A stretch of 64,000 bases of DNA from an uncultured Acetobacteroides sp. (GTDB lineage: Bacteria > Bacteroidota > Bacteroidia > Bacteroidales > ZOR0009), in the NCBI GenBank assembly GCA_963678165.1, contig OY782755.1:3227996-3291995 (forward strand), written 5' to 3'. The notes beneath the pieces were generated by a model, which had not been told where the DNA came from, did not search any database, and saw only the letters and a list, made by a program, of their open reading frames with translations. This document shows, in pieces, positions 1-8,467 of the stretch. Made by a program: the position numbers and the translations under genes. The first letter of the stretch is position 1, and each line of letters starts with the position of its first letter.

Positions 1-414
1 GAGCGAGGCAGGATCGGGCGAAAACTTACGGCCCAGCGGAGCAAGAATCTCGTTTACCCGCTGCCCCACCAATCCGCACTGCATGGTAATGGCAGAGGCA
101 TCGGAGGCAACCGAATACTTTTCCCACTTTTTACCCGCAACAACAAGAACAGAATTGGTTATACTTTGCCCCGAGAGGCTGGTACCGGCAGCCCTAAACG
201 TAACTGGGATGCTAAGCGCCGCAGCACACTCCAAGATGAAAGAAACTTCGTCGGGAGTTTCTGGAAAAACGACCACCTGAGGAATCTGACGGTAGAAGCT
301 TGCATCCGTTCCCCAGGCAAGCCGTTCAATAGCCTTAGTGGTAATATTTCGGCGCTTTACCTTCGCCGATATCTTCTGAACAAAAGCCCTGTGGGCTGCA
401 TCAATGGTTTCCAT
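1..414 (-). CDS. FAD-binding (PCMH-type) oxidase / D-lactate-dehydrogenase-like protein. Only the N-terminal 138 codons are here; the rest lies beyond the window start.
   Basis: Absent from the ORF track because there is no stop inside the window. My translation from the ATG at 414-412 is METIDAAHRAFVQKISAKVKRRNITTKAIERLAWGTDASFYRQIPQVVVFPETPDEVSFILECAAALSIPVTFRAAGTSLSGQS..., which looks like an FAD_binding_4 N-terminus. The frame stays open to position 1. Confidence 0.7.
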   Translation of the reverse strand, partial: METIDAAHRAFVQKISAKVKRRNITTKAIERLAWGTDASFYRQIPQVVVFPETPDEVSFILECAAALSIPVTFRAAGTSLSGQSITNSVLVVAGKKWEKYSVASDASAITMQCGLVGQRVNEILAPLGRKFSPDPASL

Positions 415-455
415 AATAGTAAAGGTGGTGAGGTTGATAACGCTGATAAAAGTAT

Positions 456-489
456 AAAAAAAGAGGATGCAGATAAGCTGCATCCTCTT
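456..489. terminator. Bidirectional intrinsic terminator downstream of the SusD-like gene
   Basis: 12-bp perfect stem AAGAGGATGCAG (461-472) / CTGCATCCTCTT (478-489) with a 5-nt loop. An A-run sits on the left (a U-run on the minus strand) and CTTTATT on the right. Confidence 0.8.
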
Positions 490-513
490 CTTTATTATTC
501 TTAAAAGAACCTA

Positions 514-2418
514 CTACCAGCCCTGAGTTTGGGTCAGAGTAAAGCCCTTTGCTTTATACTCTTGAATTTCCTGAACACCAACAGGAGATAGATAAACTCT
601 ATCAGTGAAAGGATCACGAGGCTGTACGTTGATAAGCTTAAAGAAACCTACCATCTTATCCCTATTTGTTTTATCATAGGTAATCTCAGTACCATCAGCA
701 GTACGAACAATCAGTTTTGGACCATTAGGCTTTGTGTACTGTGGATCATCTAGCCAAGCCTTAACGTCGCTATCATTATTAAAGTCCACCCAAGTTCCAA
801 ACATTGTATCAGGATACTTTATGTTATCCATGTAGCTAATCTTAGCCCAACGCTTGATATCAAGCAAACGAGGGAACTCAAAAACGAATTCCATGCGACG
901 CTCACGACGGATTTCCCAAAGAAGAGGAGAAACATCAGAGTCGCGATCTGGATCGTTTGGAATCATAGAGATGTCAAGTGGTGCTGTTTGATGAACACCA
1001 GCCCTTTCTGCATCTGGATCCAAAGGTCTTTTACGTATTTGGTTAATAGACTCGTTGATATCCGTTTGAGAGCAGGTATAGCTTCCGCCATAAGTTTGAG
1101 CAAGTTCAGCCTTTGCCTCAATCCAGTTAAGCAAAATTTCTGCGTAACGAATTACAGGAGCATCATTTTCATTCACAGCCCCACCATATTGGCTAGGACG
1201 GATTCCATCTTTATCCCAGAAAGAGGCACCCTCGCGACTAATAAACTTATCGCTATAAAGCAATGTAGCCGATTTCTTTTCAGGGAAGCAGAAGAAGGTC
1301 GCCTCAAAACGAGGGTCACGGGTTTTTGCTAACTCAGAAAGCTTAAAGTCATTCGCATTTGCAAGAGAAGATGTCTTGTAAGGCTGACCATCGTTACAAA
1401 CAAACGCTTTAATAAGCTGAAGATTTGCGGCCTTACCCTGTCCTTCGTAACCATTAGCATATGAAGCAACAGAGTGAGTTGTCATTGTTGCGGTATAGTT
1501 ACGATAGAAGATAACCTCTGGGTGACCCTTTAAATCTGGAGAACCAAACAAAGAACGGAAATCGCGAGCACACTTGTACTTATTCGAATTCTTAACTACA
1601 TCTGCTGCCTCTACGCAGAATTTCAGGTATTTCTCTACACGGTCAACATTATCAATGCTCTTAACCTTGTGATACTTTTCCCATGTTCCTTCAAATAGCA
1701 TAATGCGCGAAGCAATAGAAGCAATCACATACTTATTTACATACTGAGAACTTCCATTATCCAATAGGTAAGAATTATCAATGGCATACTTTAGGTCGTC
1801 GTAGATGTGATCCATTACCACCTGACGGTTGTCACGATCTTTGAACATTTCTGGCAAATTGGTTTCATCCACTGGCTTGTCGAAGTAAGGAACATCGCCA
1901 AATGAAACTACAAGGTTATAGTAAGCGTATGCTCTAAAGAAGCGAGCTACAGCCATCCAATGCCTATAGGCAGCATCAGAATTTCCAACAACAAGATTCT
2001 TCTTGTACTGATCTACGCGTTGAATCATGATGTTGGCCTTGCGCACCCAACCAAAATTCCACGTCTCTCCGCTATACTGGCGATACCAACTACCTCCTGC
2101 AAGACCTGATGGAGTATATGAATTACCTACTGAACCAGGAACATTCGAAACAAAGTTTTCTTGTTTTGAACTCGACGATAAATCATCGTTAAAGGTATAC
2201 CCTGTAAGAGGAGTATAGTTAACCCCATACCCTGAGTTGTACCCGGTAAAAAACCAAGTATAGAAATCGACACTATAGGTACGGAAGTCGGTTTCGTTTC
2301 TCCAAAAGCTGTCGTTATCCTGCACCTTATCCAGCTGAGGACGATCAAGGAAATCCTCACATCCCGTTGCTGTCATAAGAGCTACTGCAGCAAAAATTGC
2401 ATATATATATCTTTTCAT
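514..2418 (-). CDS. SusD/RagB-family nutrient-binding outer-membrane lipoprotein
   Basis: 634 aa with lipoprotein signal MKRYIYAIFAAVALMTATGCEDF. It lies 13 nt downstream of a SusC-like TonB-dependent receptor, and size and composition are typical of SusD. Confidence 0.9.
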   Translation of the reverse strand: MKRYIYAIFAAVALMTATGCEDFLDRPQLDKVQDNDSFWRNETDFRTYSVDFYTWFFTGYNSGYGVNYTPLTGYTFNDDLSSSSKQENFVSNVPGSVGNSYTPSGLAGGSWYRQYSGETWNFGWVRKANIMIQRVDQYKKNLVVGNSDAAYRHWMAVARFFRAYAYYNLVVSFGDVPYFDKPVDETNLPEMFKDRDNRQVVMDHIYDDLKYAIDNSYLLDNGSSQYVNKYVIASIASRIMLFEGTWEKYHKVKSIDNVDRVEKYLKFCVEAADVVKNSNKYKCARDFRSLFGSPDLKGHPEVIFYRNYTATMTTHSVASYANGYEGQGKAANLQLIKAFVCNDGQPYKTSSLANANDFKLSELAKTRDPRFEATFFCFPEKKSATLLYSDKFISREGASFWDKDGIRPSQYGGAVNENDAPVIRYAEILLNWIEAKAELAQTYGGSYTCSQTDINESINQIRKRPLDPDAERAGVHQTAPLDISMIPNDPDRDSDVSPLLWEIRRERRMEFVFEFPRLLDIKRWAKISYMDNIKYPDTMFGTWVDFNNDSDVKAWLDDPQYTKPNGPKLIVRTADGTEITYDKTNRDKMVGFFKLINVQPRDPFTDRVYLSPVGVQEIQEYKAKGFTLTQTQGW

Positions 2419-2431
2419 AGTTGTTACTGTT

Positions 2432-5400
2432 TTAGAAGTTTAGTTGAAGACCAACAGAGAAAGTTCTAAATGAAGGAGTACTTATACCTGCACGTCCTGC
2501 CTGATAGTTGTCAACAGAGAGCAAGCCTTCACCTGGAATCAATTCTGGGTCAACAGGAGTTCCGCTTAAATGATCCCAAGTATATGCATTCTCAACCGAT
2601 GCATAAAAACGAGCTTTCTGTATCCAAGCCTTCTTTAGTAGATTAGCAGGTAATGTATAGCCTAAAGTTATATTCTTTACTCGTAGGTACGACATATCTA
2701 GCAGATAGCGGTCCTGAACCTGCATGCTATAACCACTTGTGCCGTTACCTAAGCTGTATGGACGAGGATAGTAGGCATTGATATTTTCGGGAGTCCAATA
2801 ATCAGTACAGAATCTTTCGGCCATAGCACCATCAGCGGTGTTAAATCCGGCAAGAGTGGTAGATGAGCTACCCCACATGTCGCGCTTGCCTACGCCTTGG
2901 AAGAATATAGAGAAATCAACCCCTTTGTAATCGGCTCCTGCACGGAAGCCATACTCGTAACGAGGAGTAGAGTTACCTATTACCTCCTTATCGCCATGGC
3001 TGCTAACCGTATTATCGCCATAGGTAATTTGTCCATCTCCATCGAGATCCTTAAACATTACATCACCGGGCATAAACATAAAGCTATCACTTTGTAGGTA
3101 GGCCTGATAAACTGGATTATCGCCTTTAAGTTTGTAAGCTGTTTTACCAGCATTCTTAGCACCGTTTGCTTCTGTTAATGTAATTTTAATCAATTTACCA
3201 TCAGCAGTATGCTCAAAATCGGAATCTTGGTATAGACGGTTGGCACGGTATCCCCATATTTCTCCATATGTTTTATCATTGTACCATCCGCTAATGCCTG
3301 TTGCCGAACCGAATTTGGTGATCTTAGTGGTAGCGTCAGAGAGCGTAAACATTCCATTAATGCCAATTCCATTTGCAAATCTGTGGTTGTAGTCAACAGA
3401 CAACTCCCATCCTCTTGTTCTTAGATTACCATAGTTTCCTGCAGGGGCGGTTGTTCCGTATGTATCTGCAATTCCGTCAGCGCCAACAATCATATCCTTT
3501 GTGTCGCGTTGATACCAGTCGAATGTAAATCCTAGCTCGTTGTTAAGGAAACGGGCATCAATACCTAAGTCTAGCGTAGCAATTTTCTGCCAAGATATAT
3601 CGCTAGCTACTGCAGTTGGCGCAGTTACAAAGTTTGTTTTCTTCCCATTTTCATCCAACCAACTCGATTGTGTAATCTTTCCAAGGTTCGATCGGTAAAG
3701 GCTATTAGAAACCGTTTGGTCACCAATTTCACCGTAAGAAGCTCTAAACTTTAAGCTGCTAAGTACAGGCTTAGCCCACTGCATAAATGATTCTTCGCTT
3801 GCACGCCATCCTGCCGAGAATGATGGGAACCAGCGCCATTGCAAATCAGTAGGGAACTTCGACGATCCGTCGTAGCGTAGGTTGGCCTCCAAAAGATACT
3901 TACCCATCAAATCGTAGTTAATACGTCCAAAGAAACCAAGCTGCGACTCCCAAGACTTTCCACCACCTGCGGTTTGGGTACCAATTGCGTTACCAAACTG
4001 TACATTATTTAAATCGGTAAGAGATGTAATCTTTCCCCAATGGTACTCTTCAACGTAAGAAACACGGTTAACACCAGCCATAAACTTAAACGAATTCTCG
4101 TCGTTTAACTTAAAGTTGTAGGTTGTATACGCATTGAATGTGTTACGCTGAGAGTTTGTTGATTGACGATTAATGTTGTCAATACCAGAACCTACATCAG
4201 TATAGGTTTTATTTACCAAATCGTATGCTTGCATAGCTCCAGGTTCAGAGGCAGCAACTACCTTACCATCGCTATTTACGTAAACGTTACTACCATCGGC
4301 AGCTTTTCTTGCAGTTGTACCACTCCAGGTATCAGCAGCAGTAAAACGAATGCCAGGACATAGCCAGTTGTACTCCTCATTAGCATGCGAGTAGTCAAAA
4401 TCTGCAGTCCAATCCTTGGAGAAATTTAGGTGAAAACCTAAGTTTATGTTGGTATAGTTCTTTTCCTGCGTAGACGTATTTGCCTGATGGAACTCTTCGG
4501 TAGGGCTACGAAGCTCGTTACCATTCTCATCATTTCCGATTGGATATTGAGGTCCCCAACGGTATAGGTAGTACCAAGGGTCAATAGCACTTGTTGTTGT
4601 ATTAGGATAGCTTTTGGTGCGCTTTGAGTAAATAGCACCTGCATTAAAGGTAATGTACTTATTAAACTGGGTGCTCAATCGGAGAGAAGAATTGTAACGA
4701 GTAAAGTTGTCTTTCTTAGCAACCTTATTCATACCATCCTGGTCCAAATAGCCCAATCCAATATTATAGGTAGTAGTACCGCTCTTCCCATTTAAAGAAA
4801 GATTATGCTCCTGCGAAGGCGACCACTTTCTTATCAAATAATCGTAAGCGTTATAGGTACGAAGACCGACCTTCTGTCCTGCAGAATTTTGGTACCAGTC
4901 GCGTCCATAAACGGTAGGATCATCGCTTCCAATCTTTCCGCCATAGTTCTTCTGCCAATCCTTAGCCTTGGCTAAACCTTCCTCGGTAACCTTATAGAAA
5001 GCACCCGTAGAAGTAGCGTCAACATTCTTAGCCGCAATCAAGGCATACTCCATTGCCTCTATGCCACCCATGTTGTACCCCTTTTCGGTATTTTGCCAAG
5101 ACATGTTGGCCGAGTAGGTAACATTAACGGCATCACTCTTCGCCCCCTTCTTAGTAGAGATAAGAATAACACCAAATGCAGCCTTAGCACCATAAATAGA
5201 TGCAGATGCGGCATCCTTTAGTACGGTGATAGACTCAATGTCGTCTGGGTTAACCAAGGTAATGCTGGGGATTTCTACGTTATCCATCAAGATTAAAGGG
5301 GAACTCGAACCATTGAGAGATCCAATTTGTCCACGTACCTTAATCTTAGGATCAGATCCAACTTCAGCACTTGGAAGCACTACGGATAAACCTGCAGTTG

Positions 5401-5908
5401 TACCCTGTAAGCCACGCCCCACATCGGCAATTGGTCGGCTATCCAACGTCTTGTTAATGTCAATTGACGTTACAGCACCAGTTAGGTTTGCCTTCTTCTG
5501 CGAACCATAACCAACTACTACCACCTGCTCCAGCGATACGTTATCGTTCTCCAGAACAACGTTAATTGCATCCGACTTCGTCACCTTAACTACAGTAGGC
5601 TTGTAGCCAATTGCCGAAATCGTCAGGTTCGACCCTGCAGGAACCTCAAGCCTAAACTTACCTTCGATGTCGGTAACCGTTCCGGTTGTGGTTCCCTTAA
5701 TAGCAACGGAAGCACCAATCACTGCGTTCTTGGTTTGGTCGAGGACCGTTCCGCTTATCTTCACCTTCGCGGCCTGCTGTGCTACAATAGCCGAGCTGGC
5801 AGCAAAACTTGTCCCGGGGTTGAACATTCCGAGGAATGCCAACGACCCTACGATTACTAAGCACCTCTTTGCTCGAGAGATAGCTAGCGTGTATTCAAGT
5901 CTTTTCAT
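2432..5908 (-). CDS. SusC-like TonB-dependent outer-membrane receptor
   Basis: 1158 aa. It has an N-terminal CarboxypepD_reg-like segment (KISGTVLDQTKNAVIGASVAIKGTTTGTVTDIEGKFRLEV), a plug region (VVVVGYGSQKKANLTGAV) and a long beta-barrel ending in ...VGLQLNF. Confidence 0.92.
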   Translation of the reverse strand: MKRLEYTLAISRAKRCLVIVGSLAFLGMFNPGTSFAASSAIVAQQAAKVKISGTVLDQTKNAVIGASVAIKGTTTGTVTDIEGKFRLEVPAGSNLTISAIGYKPTVVKVTKSDAINVVLENDNVSLEQVVVVGYGSQKKANLTGAVTSIDINKTLDSRPIADVGRGLQGTTAGLSVVLPSAEVGSDPKIKVRGQIGSLNGSSSPLILMDNVEIPSITLVNPDDIESITVLKDAASASIYGAKAAFGVILISTKKGAKSDAVNVTYSANMSWQNTEKGYNMGGIEAMEYALIAAKNVDATSTGAFYKVTEEGLAKAKDWQKNYGGKIGSDDPTVYGRDWYQNSAGQKVGLRTYNAYDYLIRKWSPSQEHNLSLNGKSGTTTYNIGLGYLDQDGMNKVAKKDNFTRYNSSLRLSTQFNKYITFNAGAIYSKRTKSYPNTTTSAIDPWYYLYRWGPQYPIGNDENGNELRSPTEEFHQANTSTQEKNYTNINLGFHLNFSKDWTADFDYSHANEEYNWLCPGIRFTAADTWSGTTARKAADGSNVYVNSDGKVVAASEPGAMQAYDLVNKTYTDVGSGIDNINRQSTNSQRNTFNAYTTYNFKLNDENSFKFMAGVNRVSYVEEYHWGKITSLTDLNNVQFGNAIGTQTAGGGKSWESQLGFFGRINYDLMGKYLLEANLRYDGSSKFPTDLQWRWFPSFSAGWRASEESFMQWAKPVLSSLKFRASYGEIGDQTVSNSLYRSNLGKITQSSWLDENGKKTNFVTAPTAVASDISWQKIATLDLGIDARFLNNELGFTFDWYQRDTKDMIVGADGIADTYGTTAPAGNYGNLRTRGWELSVDYNHRFANGIGINGMFTLSDATTKITKFGSATGISGWYNDKTYGEIWGYRANRLYQDSDFEHTADGKLIKITLTEANGAKNAGKTAYKLKGDNPVYQAYLQSDSFMFMPGDVMFKDLDGDGQITYGDNTVSSHGDKEVIGNSTPRYEYGFRAGADYKGVDFSIFFQGVGKRDMWGSSSTTLAGFNTADGAMAERFCTDYWTPENINAYYPRPYSLGNGTSGYSMQVQDRYLLDMSYLRVKNITLGYTLPANLLKKAWIQKARFYASVENAYTWDHLSGTPVDPELIPGEGLLSVDNYQAGRAGISTPSFRTFSVGLQLNF

Positions 5909-5964
5909 TCAATATTATTTAATGGTTAGAGCAATTCAAAACTAGTTACCGTTTCAATTCTTTA

Positions 5965-5972
5965 CAAACATA
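5965..5972 (-). promoter_or_regulatory. Bacteroidota -7 promoter box for the SusC/SusD operon
   Basis: The minus strand reads TATGTTTG, matching the TAnnTTTG consensus, 57 nt upstream of the SusC ATG. Confidence 0.5.
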
Positions 5973-6060
5973 TTCTTAACAGCACTAACATCTGTTAATC
6001 TTTTTTTTCATCAACCCGAAGAAGAAAAATCATACGGCACTGTTATCTTGCCAATTACAG

Positions 6061-6078
6061 ATGTGCAACAATGTGCAA
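6061..6078. promoter_or_regulatory. Direct repeat ATGTGCAA-N2-ATGTGCAA, a candidate operator upstream of SusC
   Basis: ATGTGCAA occurs at 6061-6068 and 6071-6078, 10 bp apart (one helical turn) and about 155-170 bp upstream of the SusC start. Confidence 0.3.
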
Positions 6079-6605
6079 AGAAAGCGATATTGAAGATTTT
6101 TTTTTATGTACAAAAATCCTTTTTAGCTCAATAAATGCCTATTGTTACTTCTTCGTCCGATCCGTAAAAAAGATATAACCCGCATTATAAACCTTTTACA
6201 GCAACATCATGCTATTCAACATGTACGTTCTACTCCAAATAATCGTAATATTTAACATCGCATTTTGCAATACATCCTTTTCTTTTCGAACACCCCCATT
6301 AAAACGCACCAATTCCCTGCTGTTTTTTCTTTTTTTTCACCACCCCCTGCATTATTCGCGAGCTACCGCACAGAACAAATACAAAAACGAACAAAACACC
6401 TGACATGCGCACTGCCGTTGCAACTGCCGATTGTAGGATTTCAGGTTAAGACAAAATGGTTGTTAGCATGTTAAGCATCAACCAGCGCTAGCCGACTGCC
6501 CACTATTCGCCCTTCTCTTTAGCCATAGCACTACCTTAAGAGATAGCGCATTTGTAGAAATGCATAAACCGTTGCATCAATCGCTTTACAGCCAAATGCG
6601 CTTCT

Positions 6606-6633
6606 AAAAAAAGGCTCCGCACTGTACGGAGCC
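6606..6633 (-). terminator. Intrinsic terminator of the 6667..7602 gene
   Basis: Stem GGCTCCG (6613-6619) / CGGAGCC (6627-6633), followed on the minus strand by a 7-nt U-run (plus-strand A-run 6606-6612). Confidence 0.8.
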
Positions 6634-6666
6634 CTTGCATTCACACCTAACTAAAATATTAAGTCG

Positions 6667-7602
6667 CTAGACTTTATCTAGCTTAACCAACAATTTCGCC
6701 ATTTCGCTGCCATCGACGCTGATCTCCACCGTTTGGGTTACATAGCCAACCTTTTCGATGGTTACCACGTAGATGCCTTCGGAAAGATTTTTCACAAAAA
6801 AGGCTCCCTTATCCGCCGTTTTCTTTACCAGCACCTTTTTGCCTTTTGCCGATGCCTCTGCGCCGATTACGCCTTTGGGGGTAAAGGTAACCTTGACCCC
6901 TTTTATGGCCTCGCCGCTTTTAGCATCAACAACATGCCCCTTAAGCGCAAGGGTGGTACCGCCCTTATTTACAATTTTTCGGTTATTCCGGTAGGCCGAG
7001 TAGAAACTTGGCTGGGTCAGCCTCACCACATCTACAAGCACATCGAGTTTTCCCATGATGTTATCGTTCTCCACAAAAAGCGCGTCGAGCTGGGCAGTTA
7101 TCACCTTCATGTCGGTGATGCTCGTTCGTACTGTGGGAATCGCTGCCAAGAAGTTGTCTGATAGCTGCTTCAAATCGGATAGCGCCTTTTCGGTAACGCC
7201 ATAAACCGCCAAGTCTTTCAGGTGCTCGTTAGCCCTGTTGCAAACCACCTGCACCTTAGCCGGAATGCTAGCCTCCCTCGATCGGCTAAAATCAGTTTCA
7301 TTATATGAGACCTCTTTCTCCAGCACCTTGTTGCCAGACATTACCGCGCAAGCCTTTAACTTACGAACCACATCGCAGGTATTAACGACCAACTCCTTAC
7401 GCAGCTGCTCCTTAATATCAAATAGCCCCGTAATATTGGCTTCCTGCTTTCCCTTGTTTAACTGTATTTGCTTAACATTCTCCTGCAAAAGCAAGAATAT
7501 CGCTGGAAAATTGGGGATAGCATTCGCGACTGAAATGTTTTTGTTGAAAAAATCGAGGAGCGTTAACGCCATTGCTAGCTTTCTTTCCTGTTTAGTATTC
7601 AT
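6667..7602 (-). CDS. Hypothetical protein with a C-terminal carboxypeptidase-regulatory-like (prealbumin-fold) domain
   Basis: 311-aa ORF with its own terminator. The C-terminus (GHVVDAKSGEAIKGVKVTF...GIYVVTIEKVGYVTQTVEISV) resembles CarboxypepD_reg. The helical N-terminal part is not recognised. Confidence 0.6.
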   Translation of the reverse strand: MNTKQERKLAMALTLLDFFNKNISVANAIPNFPAIFLLLQENVKQIQLNKGKQEANITGLFDIKEQLRKELVVNTCDVVRKLKACAVMSGNKVLEKEVSYNETDFSRSREASIPAKVQVVCNRANEHLKDLAVYGVTEKALSDLKQLSDNFLAAIPTVRTSITDMKVITAQLDALFVENDNIMGKLDVLVDVVRLTQPSFYSAYRNNRKIVNKGGTTLALKGHVVDAKSGEAIKGVKVTFTPKGVIGAEASAKGKKVLVKKTADKGAFFVKNLSEGIYVVTIEKVGYVTQTVEISVDGSEMAKLLVKLDKV

Positions 7603-8051
7603 AGTGGTTTTGTCTTTAAATTAACCGTACAAAGCAATATTAATTATTTTTTCACCAATTGTTAATTTTTATAAATCTTTTTTCACAAAACATACCCGCT
7701 TTTTTATTAATTATTCATAACATGCGTAATTGTACGTTTTATTTTTACGTTTTTAATTTATACAGCTATATAAAGGACGAATTCTACTTCGTAAAGTAGC
7801 AGGTCATCTTTTAACATTTTGAACTCTATAATGAATAGAATGGGTAGTAGGCAGCGATTTGATTTTTATTCCTTCATCAAGCGGTGACAGAAGGTGCGGA
7901 GATAGGAAAACGCAGAAGTGCATCTATAATAATAGGTGTCGGTATACGAATATCGCGTTTCGACCTCCTTGAATAAGCGTTTCGGGGCAGGGATGCATTG
8001 TATGCATCTCTCGAAATTATATAGTTTTAGTTTAAAAGCGAATCATTTGAC

Positions 8052-8238
8052 GTGACTTTGCCAACATTTGCCAGACATGTTAAATTGTTTGGTTGTCTTT
8101 GCCAATTGTTCGCCTGTCTTCGCCATTGTTTGACTGACATATTGTATTGTTTGAGTGTCTTTACCAATTGTTTGCCTGTCTTCGCCATTGTTTGACTGAC
8201 ATATTGAATTGTTTGGGTGTCTTCGCCAATTGTTTGCT
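8052..8238. repeat. Nested tandem repeat: a 62-bp unit x2.3 built from roughly 20-bp sub-repeats GTCTTYGCCA(A)TTGTTYG
   Basis: Copy 1 (8095-8156) and copy 2 (8157-8218) differ at 4 of 62 positions. A partial third copy lies at 8219-8238 and a degenerate 42-bp copy at 8052-8094. Confidence 0.9.
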
Positions 8239-8329
8239 ATGCTATCCATCATTTGCCTACACCAAGCTATACAAAGTTGATACGTATACCATTTTGCATA
8301 CCGTCTCCTACGCTTAGCCAGCCTCGCAT

Positions 8330-8426
8330 AAAAAGCTGCATTGCATTCGCCTAGTGGCATCAAGCCATCGGCAATGCAATGCAGCACATTGTGGGTAGAA
8401 CGAGTGCAGTAGCCACTCGTTCTACC
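8330..8426 (-). terminator. Double-hairpin 3' region / terminator of the metallophosphoesterase gene
   Basis: Hairpin A has a 13-bp stem, GGTAGAACGAGTG (8394-8406) / CACTCGTTCTACC (8414-8426). Hairpin B has an 11-bp stem, TGCATTGCATT (8337-8347) / AATGCAATGCA (8373-8383), followed on the minus strand by GC+UUUUU (A-run 8330-8334). Confidence 0.7.
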
Positions 8427-8467
8427 ATAATATCCTAGATACCAAACATCGGTCCGCAGCGCCAGCG

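Noticed and set aside
6209-6474. ORFs 6209..6403(+) and 6265..6474(+) upstream of SusC
   Set aside because: They are short, overlapping, low-complexity (Phe/Ser/Pro-rich) translations in an AT/CT-rich promoter region, with no supporting signals.
7620-8040. Possible replication origin or DnaA-box cluster in the AT-rich region
   Set aside because: I found no TTATCCACA-like boxes by eye. The AT-richness is adequately explained by this being the promoter region of the 6667..7602 gene.
8043-8387. 114-aa ORF on the minus strand
   Set aside because: It starts inside a terminator hairpin and consists mostly of the translated 62-bp repeat, with no plausible protein features.
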